Assembly (NCBI GenBank): GCA_964461045.1
Contig: CAYWSJ010000004.1
Location: 1,361-65,360 of the forward strand
DNA length: 64,000 bases
Direction: 5' to 3'
Source: an uncultured Bacteroidales bacterium
GTDB lineage: Bacteria > Bacteroidota > Bacteroidia > Bacteroidales > UBA12077
Positions 46,505 to 56,328 of the stretch are shown here, one piece after another. The notes under the pieces were generated by a model. It was not told the origin of the DNA, did not search any database, and saw only the letters and a list, made by a program, of their open reading frames with translations. Position numbers and translations under genes: made by a program. The first letter of the stretch is position 1. Every line of letters starts with the position of its first letter.

Positions 46505-47959
46505 TTATTTTATTTCCTTTCTGAGTCTGGCAACAGGCAGGCCTAATTGTTCTCTGTATTTTGCCACGGTTCTTCTTGCAATTTTATATCCCTTTTCTTT
46601 CAGGATAGAGGCCAGTTTTTCATCAGTCAGGGGCTTTTTCTTTTCTTCATTATCAATACATTCCTTCAGGATAGATTTAATTTGGCGGGTTGATACCTCT
46701 TCTCCGTCTTCTTTCTGCATTCCTTCAGAAAAGAAATATTTCAGCGGATAAATTCCAAAATAGGTTTGTATATATTTGCTGTTTGCAACCCTGGATATTG
46801 TTGAAATGTCGAGTCCTGTTTTTTCTGCAATGTCTTTCAGAATCATAGGCTTGAGCTTTGATTCATCCCCGGTCTGAAAAAAATCATATTGATATTCAAT
46901 AATGGCATTCATTGTTAGCAGAAGCGTATTCTGTCTTTGTTTTATGGCATCAATAAACCATTTTGCTGAATCCAGTTTTTGTTTGACAAAACTTACAGCT
47001 TCTTTCTGCTCTTTGGTTTGGTTTTTTTTGTTTTTCTGATAATCTTCAAGCATTTCGCTGTAATTCCTGTTAATTCTTAGATCAGGTACGTTTTTGCTGT
47101 TCAGGCTTAGTTCTAGTTTGCCATCGTTATTTTCCAGTATAAAGTCAGGAATTATGGTTTGAAACGAGCGTGATTCTTTATCGGATAAAGCAGCTCCTGG
47201 TTTAGGGTTTAGTTTCAGAATTTCATCAATGGCTTCCTGTAGTTCATCATCCGATATTTTCAGGCGGGTTTTAATTTTTTCGTAGTGCTTCTTGGTAAAT
47301 TCGTGAAAAAATTGCTGAAGAATTTGTTTTGCAAGAGAGATATAACGGTCATTGTCATCTTTATGTTGTATTTGAAGAAGCAGGCATTCCCGTAAATTTC
47401 TTGCACCAACTCCTGCAGGTTCCAAATTTTGTATAATTTTCAGGATATCTTCAAGTTCTTCTTCAGAGGTTTTAATGTTCTGAGTAAAGGCAAGATCATT
47501 AACAATAGATTCGATTTTACGCCGCAAATAACCGTCTTCATCAATATTGCCAATAATGTAAAGCGCAAGCATGTACTCACGTTCTGTTAATGACTTAAGT
47601 CCTATCTGGTTTTCAAGGTATTCATGGAATGAAACACTTACAGAGAAAGGGATCTCCTCCTTTTTGTCTTCCTGTGATGAATTTTTAGAGTAGAGTTTAT
47701 AATTTGGTATATCTTCATCATTGATATAATCCTCAAAAGAAAATTCCTCCTCATTGTTGTAGTTTTCCTCTTCTTCCTCTACAGGTGATTCCAGGTCATC
47801 ACCCTGATCACCTTCTTCCAGCACCGGATTTTCTTCCAGTTCATTTTTAATTCTTTGTTCAAGCTGCAATGTAGGAATTTCCAGCAGCTTAATCATTTGG
47901 ATCTGCTGTGGAGAGAGTTTTTGTAGTAATTTTTGATCTAAACTTTGCTTTAACATCAC
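46505..47959 (-). CDS. rpoN: RNA polymerase sigma-54 factor
   Basis: N-terminal Q/L-rich region I, acidic region II, HTH and RpoN box ARRTVAKYREQLGLP. Confidence 0.92.
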   Translation of the reverse strand: MMLKQSLDQKLLQKLSPQQIQMIKLLEIPTLQLEQRIKNELEENPVLEEGDQGDDLESPVEEEEENYNNEEEFSFEDYINDEDIPNYKLYSKNSSQEDKKEEIPFSVSVSFHEYLENQIGLKSLTEREYMLALYIIGNIDEDGYLRRKIESIVNDLAFTQNIKTSEEELEDILKIIQNLEPAGVGARNLRECLLLQIQHKDDNDRYISLAKQILQQFFHEFTKKHYEKIKTRLKISDDELQEAIDEILKLNPKPGAALSDKESRSFQTIIPDFILENNDGKLELSLNSKNVPDLRINRNYSEMLEDYQKNKKNQTKEQKEAVSFVKQKLDSAKWFIDAIKQRQNTLLLTMNAIIEYQYDFFQTGDESKLKPMILKDIAEKTGLDISTISRVANSKYIQTYFGIYPLKYFFSEGMQKEDGEEVSTRQIKSILKECIDNEEKKKPLTDEKLASILKEKGYKIARRTVAKYREQLGLPVARLRKEIK

Positions 47960-47967
47960 ATATTTTC

Positions 47968-49362
47968 TTAAAATTCAGCATTTTTTGGCACTCTTGGGAA
48001 AGGAATTACATCCCTGATATTACCCAGGCCTGTAATGAATAGCATGAGCCTTTCAAAACCTAAGCCAAATCCACTATGTGGAGCAGTGCCAAATTTTCTT
48101 GTTTCCAGATACCACCACAGATCTTTTTTGGGTATCTTTAATTCTTTAATTCTTTTATTTAGTTTTTCATAGTTCTCTTCTCTTTGTGATCCCCCTATAA
48201 CTTCACCTATCTTTGGGAACAGAACATCCAGAGCACGTACTGTTTTGTCATCATCATTTTGCTTCATGTAGAAAGCTTTGATAGATTTAGGGTAATCCAC
48301 AACAATAACTGGTCTTTTAAAGTGTTTTTCAACCAGGTATTTCTCATGTTCTGCTTGTAAATCTACACCCCATTTTACGGGGAATTCCCATTTTTGTTCT
48401 GTTTTTTCCAGGATTTCGATTGCTTCTGTGTATGTAATTCTTTTGTAGGTATTTTTAGTTACAAATTTTAATCTGTCGATAAGTTCTTCGTCGTACATTT
48501 TTGCCATAAACTCCAGGTCATCCATGCAATTTTCCAGGGCATACCTGATCAGGGATTTCGTGAAATCTTCGGCAAGGTCCATGTTGTCTTCATTATCGTA
48601 GAAAGCCATTTCCGGTTCAATCATCCAGAATTCTGCCAGGTGCCTCGGGGTATTAGAGTTTTCTGCCCTGAATGTTGGGCCAAAGGTGTAAACTTTTGAA
48701 AGCGCCAGAGCACCAAGTTCAGCCTCTAGCTGGCCTGAAACAGTAAGGTTTGTTTCTTTCCCAAAAAAGTCCTGCGAAAAGTCTGTTTTTCCTTTTTCAT
48801 TTTGTGGTGTATTTTGCAGGTCCAAAGTGGTAACCCTGAACATTTCTCCGGCTCCTTCAGCGTCTGATCCGGTTATTATTGGTGTATGCAGGTAGTAAAA
48901 ATTATTGTCATTAAAATATTTATGTATGGCAAAAGACATGGCATGCCTCAAACGGGTTACAGCTCCAAAGGTATTGGTTCTGAACCGTAAGTGTGCAATT
49001 TCCCTTAAAAACTCCATGGAATGTCCTTTCTTTTGAAGCGGGTATTTGTTAGGATCAGCGGTTCCGTATATGGAAATTTCTTTGGCCTGTATCTCAAATT
49101 TCTGGCCTTTCCCCATGGATTCTACTAATTTTCCTGTAACAGCTATGCTTGCTCCTGTAGAAATATCTCTTAGTGTTTTTTCATTTTCTTCATTTACTTC
49201 TACAACAACCTGGATGTTGTGTATGGTGGATCCATCATTTAAGGCTATAAATTTTACGTTTTTATTACCTCTTTTAGTTCGAACCCATCCTTTTGCTATG
49301 ATTTCTTCATTCAGATTTTTTCCTTTCAGTAGTTCTTTTATTGCTGTGTTTGTTCTTTCCAT
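47968..49362 (-). CDS. asnS: asparagine--tRNA ligase
   Basis: Class II motifs [21 protein letters not shown] and [10 protein letters not shown]-terminus [16 protein letters not shown]. Confidence 0.92.
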   Translation of the reverse strand: MERTNTAIKELLKGKNLNEEIIAKGWVRTKRGNKNVKFIALNDGSTIHNIQVVVEVNEENEKTLRDISTGASIAVTGKLVESMGKGQKFEIQAKEISIYGTADPNKYPLQKKGHSMEFLREIAHLRFRTNTFGAVTRLRHAMSFAIHKYFNDNNFYYLHTPIITGSDAEGAGEMFRVTTLDLQNTPQNEKGKTDFSQDFFGKETNLTVSGQLEAELGALALSKVYTFGPTFRAENSNTPRHLAEFWMIEPEMAFYDNEDNMDLAEDFTKSLIRYALENCMDDLEFMAKMYDEELIDRLKFVTKNTYKRITYTEAIEILEKTEQKWEFPVKWGVDLQAEHEKYLVEKHFKRPVIVVDYPKSIKAFYMKQNDDDKTVRALDVLFPKIGEVIGGSQREENYEKLNKRIKELKIPKKDLWWYLETRKFGTAPHSGFGLGFERLMLFITGLGNIRDVIPFPRVPKNAEF

Positions 49363-49393
49363 GAGTTGTAATTTATTCTGTTAATGTTCGCTA

Positions 49394-49401
49394 CAAAAAT
49401 A
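49394..49401 (-). promoter_or_regulatory. -7 box TATTTTTG upstream of asnS-rpoN
   Basis: Minus-strand match to TAnnTTTG, 31 nt upstream of the ATG at 49362. Confidence 0.35.
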
Positions 49402-49562
49402 CAATAAAATATCCCACAATATAACAAAATATAGAACTAAAGTCCAAGTGAAATAGGCTTATAAAATTTGCATTTGTCATTATTTTTTTTTATATTAAAC
49501 TGGATTGCCTTTTTTAGGATTGATCCCTAACACGTTAATAATTAAACAAAAATATAATAATT

Positions 49563-50348
49563 ATGAAATGGATTGTTGAATACGAGTTAAATGACATTGA
49601 AAATGCGCAAGAGAGAGCTTCATTGGTTATAAATGATATTCTTCAGGAATTTGAAAGATTAATTCCTGATGGACCTCCATTAGGATATAAACCCATTAAA
49701 CTTATTAATGATAAAACGGCTGGTCCAACCTTATACTGGCCGCTGGGGAAAGATTTTTACAAGATTGGGTTGAATATTTCTAATGTATTTTATAACCAGG
49801 TGGCTTTTCAATTTAGCCAGGAGATTTGTCGTATCTATTGTGATCCAAGAATTAATAATTGGTTTATAGAACTTGTTGATCATGTCACAGCCTTATATAT
49901 GCTGGAGTTTTTGGGGTATAAATGGGAAATTGATCCGCCTTTAGATGATCTGAAAGAGTATCACGAAAATTTCACAAATTATAGAAGCAATTTGTTGGGT
50001 ACAGCTTTCAGTAAAATTGATATGGTAAAATATCAGATATCTAATGAATGGGTTAAATACCAGGTAAATAAATTAATTGGTCAGGAATCAAGGAATAAAG
50101 GAAAAATGTTGCTGATAGCATATGAACTTTTATCACTGTTTAAGGAAGCAGATGAGAATTGGTTAATGTTACCTTATATTGGACAATGCTCGGACCCGGC
50201 TCCCCCTGAAGATTCTACTAATTTGGTTACAAACAGAAAAGCTATACCTGATTTTAAGAAACTACTGGAGGCAGTTCCTAACGAGACAAAGCCATTTGTG
50301 CAAAAATTGATTGATAAATTTGGAGTTTTCGAAGAAGAACCAACATAA
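49563..50348 (+). CDS. hypothetical protein
   Basis: 261-aa ORF with no signal peptide and no recognisable motif. Confidence 0.5.
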   Translation: MKWIVEYELNDIENAQERASLVINDILQEFERLIPDGPPLGYKPIKLINDKTAGPTLYWPLGKDFYKIGLNISNVFYNQVAFQFSQEICRIYCDPRINNWFIELVDHVTALYMLEFLGYKWEIDPPLDDLKEYHENFTNYRSNLLGTAFSKIDMVKYQISNEWVKYQVNKLIGQESRNKGKMLLIAYELLSLFKEADENWLMLPYIGQCSDPAPPEDSTNLVTNRKAIPDFKKLLEAVPNETKPFVQKLIDKFGVFEEEPT

Positions 50349-50359
50349 AAACAGGGATT

Positions 50360-51481
50360 ATGGAAGATAAATTATTTACAGTAGCCATACATAATTATAG
50401 CAGGGCTCAACTTTTAAAAGGGAGGCTTAATGCTGAGGGAATAGAGTGTTATTTAAAAAATGTTAATTTGGTTCATTCGGCTGTTCCGGGTGGTGTAAAA
50501 GTAAAAGTAAATGGGAAAGACCTTGAGAAAGCTTTACGCATAATCGAAAAGGTAAGTGAGGAATACAGAGAAGAAGACAGTGAACAATCAGATATTCCCA
50601 AAAGAGTGCAAAGGATTTTGGTTCCTGTGGATTTTTCTCATTATTCGAAGAATGCATGTAAATATGCCATAGGGCTGGCCAGTAAGCTTGAAGCTGAAAT
50701 AAAACTGTTGCATGTTTATTATAACCCTGTGGTAAATTCAATGCCGATGACTGATACTTACTATTACCAGGTAAATCTTGACGAGATAATCAGGGATATT
50801 GAACTCAGAGCTAAGAAGCAGATGGAAGAATTTTACCAGGAAATTAAAAGTCAGATTGACAATGAAAAACCGGAGAATGTTAAACTGGATTATACCCTGA
50901 TCAGGGGGATAACTCATGAAGAAATAATTATAAAAAGTGAGGATTACCAACCAGATGTCATAATAGTAGGAACAAGAGGGCATGGAGAAAAACAAGGTGA
51001 TCTTATCGGCGGAGTAACGCGAAAAATTATTAATAAATCTCAGTTCCCTGTATTGGCAATCCCTGAAAACTCAGAATATAAAGGTATTAGTAATGTAAAT
51101 ATTATGTATACGACGGATTTTGATGATTCTGATTTTGAGGCTATCAAAAAACTGATGAATCTTGTGAGTCAGTTTAATGTGCGTCTCCATTGTGTGCATA
51201 TAAGTTCAAGTGATACAAATGAAATCGATCAGGTTAAGATGAACCTTTTAAAGGAACACATTAAAAGAGATTTCAGCCAGCAGATGTTTGAATGTGACAT
51301 AATAGAGAAAGATGATGTACTTGAAGGAATTCAGGAATTTGTAGAGGAAAAGAGCATTGATATTATTTCATTGGTAACTCACAAGAGAAATATTATTACA
51401 AAACTCCTTAATCCGAGCATTGCAAAAAGACTATTATTCCACTCCAACGTCCCTTTGTTGGTTTTTCATGCACAGGAATAA
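50360..51481 (+). CDS. tandem universal stress protein with small N-terminal ferredoxin-like domain
   Basis: Two Usp halves: ILVPVDFSHYSKNA...VGTRGHGE...GGVTRKII, then a second half ending LLVFH. Confidence 0.7.
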   Translation: MEDKLFTVAIHNYSRAQLLKGRLNAEGIECYLKNVNLVHSAVPGGVKVKVNGKDLEKALRIIEKVSEEYREEDSEQSDIPKRVQRILVPVDFSHYSKNACKYAIGLASKLEAEIKLLHVYYNPVVNSMPMTDTYYYQVNLDEIIRDIELRAKKQMEEFYQEIKSQIDNEKPENVKLDYTLIRGITHEEIIIKSEDYQPDVIIVGTRGHGEKQGDLIGGVTRKIINKSQFPVLAIPENSEYKGISNVNIMYTTDFDDSDFEAIKKLMNLVSQFNVRLHCVHISSSDTNEIDQVKMNLLKEHIKRDFSQQMFECDIIEKDDVLEGIQEFVEEKSIDIISLVTHKRNIITKLLNPSIAKRLLFHSNVPLLVFHAQE

Positions 51482-51486
51482 ATAAA

Positions 51487-52158
51487 CTATTCGAATGAAT
51501 TTAAAAGAGCCTCTGCAATGCGGAGGTCTTTTTTTGTGGTAATTTTAATATTTTCCGGATTCCCTTCTACCAGGTTTATGTCAACCCCTGTATTCTCAAC
51601 TACACTGGCGTCATCGGTGAAACTATCCTGGAAGTCTTGTTGATAAGCCTTTTTTAGTAGGTTACTTTGAAACACCTGGGGCGTTTGAATGATTCTGTAT
51701 TGATTGCGATCTACCGCTTTGTTCTTTTCGTTGGTAATAAAACGAATAGAAGGTTCAATTTTTATGGCAGGTACTGCATTTCCTTTTTCAGAGGCAATTT
51801 TAAAAGCATTTTTTATAGTCCGGGTGGAAACCAGGGGTCTTACACCATCATGAACAGCCACTAAGCAAGATTCATTAATATTTCTTAGTCCGTTTTCAAC
51901 CGATTGGAAACGTGTGCGCCCGCCATATGCTAACTTATGCGGAATGTCAAACTTGTATTCCTTACAGATCTTTTTCCATTGCGTAATTTCATTTTCAGGA
52001 AGGACTAAAATTATTTCAATTTCTTTGCTTAACGAATAAAAGCGTTTTAACGTGTGTATTAAGACAGGTTCATTTCCTATTTTTAAAAATTGTTTGGGAG
52101 TTTCAGACAACATTCTTGTACCTTTACCCCCTGCAACAATTATTACTTTGCGTTTCAT
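51487..52158 (-). CDS. ispD: 2-C-methyl-D-erythritol 4-phosphate cytidylyltransferase
   Basis: VIIVAGGKGTRM, VHDGVRP, IQTPQVF and IKITTKKDL. Confidence 0.88.
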   Translation of the reverse strand: MKRKVIIVAGGKGTRMLSETPKQFLKIGNEPVLIHTLKRFYSLSKEIEIILVLPENEITQWKKICKEYKFDIPHKLAYGGRTRFQSVENGLRNINESCLVAVHDGVRPLVSTRTIKNAFKIASEKGNAVPAIKIEPSIRFITNEKNKAVDRNQYRIIQTPQVFQSNLLKKAYQQDFQDSFTDDASVVENTGVDINLVEGNPENIKITTKKDLRIAEALLNSFE

Positions 52159-52277
52159 CGGTTATTTATTTTGGCATTCAGTAATGAAAATTACCTTCTT
52201 TAATTAGGTTTTGCAAATAATAAATACATGTATGGTGTTCATTATAAGTTTGTTTTGTGTTTTTCAGCAAACCCTAA

Positions 52278-53939
52278 TTAATCATCAACTGTATATAGAT
52301 ACCTTTTAATACTTTTTTTAGGAGTTTTTTCAAATTCTGAGGGATACAGCCGTATTTCAGAAACCTGTTTAAATTTTGGCAGATCTTGATTTAGTAACTT
52401 TTTGTTTTCCTTCATGATTTCTTCCAGACCATTTTCGTTTATCTCTTCCTGGTCAGCCATTTCATAATCGGGATAGACTAATGCAATGAGCTTATTTTTT
52501 TTGTCTAAAATAATGGATTCCTGCACATAAGGTAGATTATTAAGCTTTGATTCTATTTCTTCCGGATAAATGTTTTCACCCGAAGGTCCGAGGATGAGAC
52601 TTTTGCTTCGGCCCTTGATAAAAACAAAATTTTCATCATCAATTACACCCAAATCCCCTGTGTGTAACCATCCGTCTTTATTCAGTGCTTTTTCTGTATC
52701 TTTTTTGTTTTTATAATATCCGTACATTACATTTTCGCCACGTACCATAATTTCACCCACCTCATTGTATTGATCTTCAGAATCAATTTTTATTTCCAGT
52801 GTATCAACCAGTTTGCCGGAAGATCCATATTTGGTTTTATCCCAGTTAGCATAACTAATTAAAGGTCCGCATTCTGTCATGCCATAACCAACTGTATAAT
52901 TAAAGTTAATTTTCCGGAGGAATTTTTCAACTTCAGCACTTAGCGGGGCTCCTCCAATTACTATTTCCTGGAAATTTCCTCCAAAAGCATCTGTTAGCTT
53001 TTTATTTACTTTCTGATAGATTTTTTTGTCTAACAGGGGAATATTCATAAGTACTTTCATGTGCCTCTTATTCAGCACTGGTAAAAGCTGTTTTTTATAA
53101 ATTTTTTCCAGTATCAGTGGTACTGCAATAACTACCGTGGGTTTTACTTCTTTAAAAGCATTTATAATAATTTTAGGTGAAGGCGTTTTGGTTAGAAAAT
53201 GGATATGACATCCTTTTGAGAAAGGCCATAAAAACTCAAATGCACAACCATAGGTATGTGCCAGCGGCAGAAAAGATACAATGTTATCAGCTTCTTTTAA
53301 AGGCAGATTGTGACGAGCAAAGCGTACATTGGCAGCCAGGCTGTTCAGGGGGATCATGACACCTTTTGAAAAGCCGGTTGTGCCAGAAGTATAGTTTATG
53401 ACCCCTAACTTATCATTGGGTATGTGTTCAACCTGAAATTGTTCTCTGGTAATGCCTCCATTATATTTCTTATTATAAATTTCATCCAGTTTGTGAAGAT
53501 TTTCCTGAACCTTTTCTTTATTTGCTTCATTGAGTATTTCAAAATTTGTAATTGAGATGATTGCCCTTAAGTCAGGCATTGCATTCTCATCTATGTTTTC
53601 CCAGATATGGTCATCTACAAACAGAATCACAGAATCAGAATGGTTGACAATATGATGCATATCATTCGAATGAAAATCCGGAAGAATAGGAACTACAACA
53701 GCACCATAACTTACTATTGAAAGGTAAGTCATTGCCCAGTTAGCAGAATTTTTCCCGAGCAAAGCAATTTTATCTCCCTTTTTCACATCGCACTGCTCAA
53801 ACATTATATGAATTCTCGATATTTTTCGGGCAACATCTTTATAATAAAAACTATTGCCTTTGTAATCAGTTAAAGCAGGAAGGTCCCAGTTACCTTTTAT
53901 GCTATTCTCGATGTATTCAATAAAATTTTCTTTAATCAT
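52278..53939 (-). CDS. long-chain fatty acid--CoA ligase (AMP-binding family)
   Basis: YTSGTTGFSKGVM, GYGMTECGP and LHTGDLG. Start reset to the ATG at 53939 (MIKENFIEY); the track's 51-codon extension has no family-like sequence. Confidence 0.85.
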   Translation of the reverse strand: MIKENFIEYIENSIKGNWDLPALTDYKGNSFYYKDVARKISRIHIMFEQCDVKKGDKIALLGKNSANWAMTYLSIVSYGAVVVPILPDFHSNDMHHIVNHSDSVILFVDDHIWENIDENAMPDLRAIISITNFEILNEANKEKVQENLHKLDEIYNKKYNGGITREQFQVEHIPNDKLGVINYTSGTTGFSKGVMIPLNSLAANVRFARHNLPLKEADNIVSFLPLAHTYGCAFEFLWPFSKGCHIHFLTKTPSPKIIINAFKEVKPTVVIAVPLILEKIYKKQLLPVLNKRHMKVLMNIPLLDKKIYQKVNKKLTDAFGGNFQEIVIGGAPLSAEVEKFLRKINFNYTVGYGMTECGPLISYANWDKTKYGSSGKLVDTLEIKIDSEDQYNEVGEIMVRGENVMYGYYKNKKDTEKALNKDGWLHTGDLGVIDDENFVFIKGRSKSLILGPSGENIYPEEIESKLNNLPYVQESIILDKKNKLIALVYPDYEMADQEEINENGLEEIMKENKKLLNQDLPKFKQVSEIRLYPSEFEKTPKKSIKRYLYTVDD

Positions 53940-54122
53940 AACAATAAAATTTGGAGGAGATAAATTTATGAAATTATTTTCATTTTCTCTTCTTTGTTCT
54001 TTATCAGTAAATAAGAACAAATTTTTATTAATAGGGTTTAATGAAACAGGTGATTTTTTAGAAAAAAAAGCTGTTCTCAATAATGAATCCATGAGAACAG
54101 CTTCAATTAGAAAAAAATATTA

Positions 54123-55058
54123 TCAGAAGAAAAGCCAGCCAGATTCTTCTAAGGTAAAACTGGATTCTCCTATCTGTGCTCCATCAGCAAAAATGTATAC
54201 TTCATATTCCCCTGGTTTTAATTCACCCTGGGTATCGAAATAAATTGTTGCTTTGGTTTCATTTCCATCGTAATTAATTTTTCTTCTGGCAGAATATACA
54301 ATTTTCTTATTATTGAACTCAAAAAGATTGTCTTCTGAATTTGTTAGAATAAAATCGTCAGGCGGGGCTGCGATTCTGATATAAAAATAACGTTCTCCCT
54401 TTTCTGCCAGTGCATTCTCATCAACTGTGAAATTTACTTTTATTTTATTCACCTTATCAACTTTGGCTTTTTCTTTTCCTCTTTTATTAATTGGGATAGG
54501 CTGAATATTTTCTGCTCTCAATACTTTTGCTTTTGTAACTTGCTTAGAAAGATCTTCTTTTTCTTTTTCAAGTTTTTCTTTTGATTCTTTGGTCTTTACA
54601 AGATCTTCTTTTACTTCTTTATTCTCTCGTTCAAGTTGTTTGTTTAATGTATTTAATGAGTCTATTTGTCTTACATAACTTTTCGCTATTTTTCGCAGAG
54701 TACTCAGTTCATTTTTGAGTTCTTTAATTTTCGAATAGTTTGTTGCTTTAACATTTTTAAGCTCTGTAAGTATGTTGTCTATTCTTTCTTTTTCGCTGTC
54801 TAATTGCGTGTTAAGCGAGTCATTGTCGGTTTTTAAAGAATCGTATTCGGTTTTTAATTCTATAAATTCCGTTCTCAGTGAATCCTTTTCTTCAGATAAC
54901 TCTTCAGTAATTACCATGGTGGTTTTTTTCTGGTCGATATACAACCAGGTAATAAAACCTATTAAACCTATAAGAATAATAATAACGACGATGAACCCTG
55001 TGAGGGATCTGTTTTTTGGTTTATTCTCCTGTTCTTTAGGTTGATAGTTGTCAGCCAT
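54123..55058 (-). CDS. membrane-anchored coiled-coil protein, unknown function
   Basis: 311 aa. One N-terminal TM, about 150 aa of heptad-rich E/K/L sequence and a C-terminal beta-rich domain. Confidence 0.55.
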   Translation of the reverse strand: MADNYQPKEQENKPKNRSLTGFIVVIIILIGLIGFITWLYIDQKKTTMVITEELSEEKDSLRTEFIELKTEYDSLKTDNDSLNTQLDSEKERIDNILTELKNVKATNYSKIKELKNELSTLRKIAKSYVRQIDSLNTLNKQLERENKEVKEDLVKTKESKEKLEKEKEDLSKQVTKAKVLRAENIQPIPINKRGKEKAKVDKVNKIKVNFTVDENALAEKGERYFYIRIAAPPDDFILTNSEDNLFEFNNKKIVYSARRKINYDGNETKATIYFDTQGELKPGEYEVYIFADGAQIGESSFTLEESGWLFF

Positions 55059-55083
55059 TGTTTTAGGTTTTGAGTTTGAGACA

Positions 55084-55091
55084 CAAAAATA
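55084..55091 (-). promoter_or_regulatory. -7 box TATTTTTG
   Basis: Minus-strand match to TAnnTTTG, 25 nt upstream of the ATG at 55058. Confidence 0.35.
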
Positions 55092-55169
55092 GCTATTAAT
55101 TTCCTTTTACAAAATAAATTGGTCAATGAATTAATATAGCCTAAAACGAATTTTCTGATAATTCTATTG

Positions 55170-56315
55170 TTAATCAAGGCTAAGTTCCCCGCTTAAAAAG
55201 TATGCCCCGTTAATAACTATTTCTTTATTAATCAGTTCTTTGTAGTTGAGAATTTCTGTGTAGTTATCTCCTTGATTTCCTGTGGTAATTTTTACGGGCA
55301 AATAACCTTTATCTTTAACAAAGAAAACATAAGTTTCTCCGTCTATGCGCGTTATAGCTTCGTTCGGGAGCACATATTTTGATTGCGAGGAAAGCAAAAT
55401 ATCTGCATTTACGTAAAGCCCGTGTTTGAACTGGTTTTTAAGGTTATTTAGTTCTGCAATTACCGGGAAAGTCCTTTTTTCTTTATCTATTTTATTTCCT
55501 ATATATTTAATTTTTGCATTGTATCTCTGCTCAGGGTTTTTTACAATTGAAAATTCTACATTTTGACCTTTGGAAAGGTCAGAAATATCTTTTTCATACA
55601 CGTTTATTTTCAAATGTAAATTATCCATGTTCATAATTTCATAAACGGGATTGTTCTCATTGGAAATTTTTCCCACATTAAGGAACAAATCAGTTATGTA
55701 TCCATTTATGGGTGAATACAAATATACATCTGTTGAGAGATTTCCTTTTTCGACCTCTTTGGGATTGATGTTCAGTTTTTTTAACAATATTTTTAAAGAC
55801 TGGTACCTGGCATTAAAATCCTCATAATTGGCTTTGGCCTTTTGCATTTTTTTCATAGAAGCCGCTTTTTCTACTGCAAGTTCACCTTGCCGCTGATATT
55901 CTTTCTTGTAATATTCTGTCTGGCTTTTTACGGAGATATATTCTTCCTGAATTTTCAGATATTCCGGATGAGATAATCTGGCTAATTTTTCTCCTTTGTT
56001 TACATAATCTCCGGTTTTGTGATAAAGTTCCCGGATATAACCTTTTAGAGGAGGAATTACAGTTACGATATGGGTGGGAGATACCTCAATTTCTCCACTA
56101 CAGGAAATTTTTTCTGAAATATTCTTTTCCAGAAGAGTTCCGGTTTGAATATTCGCTTCTTTTTCCTGGTCTTCAGTCAGCTGTACGAATTGCTCAGGCT
56201 GTTCAATCCTTATATTTTTTTCTTCCAGTGCTTCCTTTGTTTCTTCGTTGCTTTTATTATTGCATGAGAACAAAGAAATGATCAATATGGCAGGTAAAAA
56301 CTTCAATGTTTTCAT
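55170..56315 (-). CDS. efflux RND periplasmic adaptor subunit (CzcB/CusB-like)
   Basis: 381 aa. Lipoprotein-like N-terminus (LFSC), barrel-sandwich/hairpin pattern and ADILLSS...VLPNEAI. Confidence 0.8.
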   Translation of the reverse strand: MKTLKFLPAILIISLFSCNNKSNEETKEALEEKNIRIEQPEQFVQLTEDQEKEANIQTGTLLEKNISEKISCSGEIEVSPTHIVTVIPPLKGYIRELYHKTGDYVNKGEKLARLSHPEYLKIQEEYISVKSQTEYYKKEYQRQGELAVEKAASMKKMQKAKANYEDFNARYQSLKILLKKLNINPKEVEKGNLSTDVYLYSPINGYITDLFLNVGKISNENNPVYEIMNMDNLHLKINVYEKDISDLSKGQNVEFSIVKNPEQRYNAKIKYIGNKIDKEKRTFPVIAELNNLKNQFKHGLYVNADILLSSQSKYVLPNEAITRIDGETYVFFVKDKGYLPVKITTGNQGDNYTEILNYKELINKEIVINGAYFLSGELSLD

Positions 56316-56328
56316 TATTAATATGTTT

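Noticed and set aside
53940-54092. 51-codon N-terminal extension of the acyl-CoA ligase ORF
   Set aside because: Family-like sequence begins at MIKENFIEY (ATG at 53939). The upstream codons are low-complexity read-through of the intergenic region.
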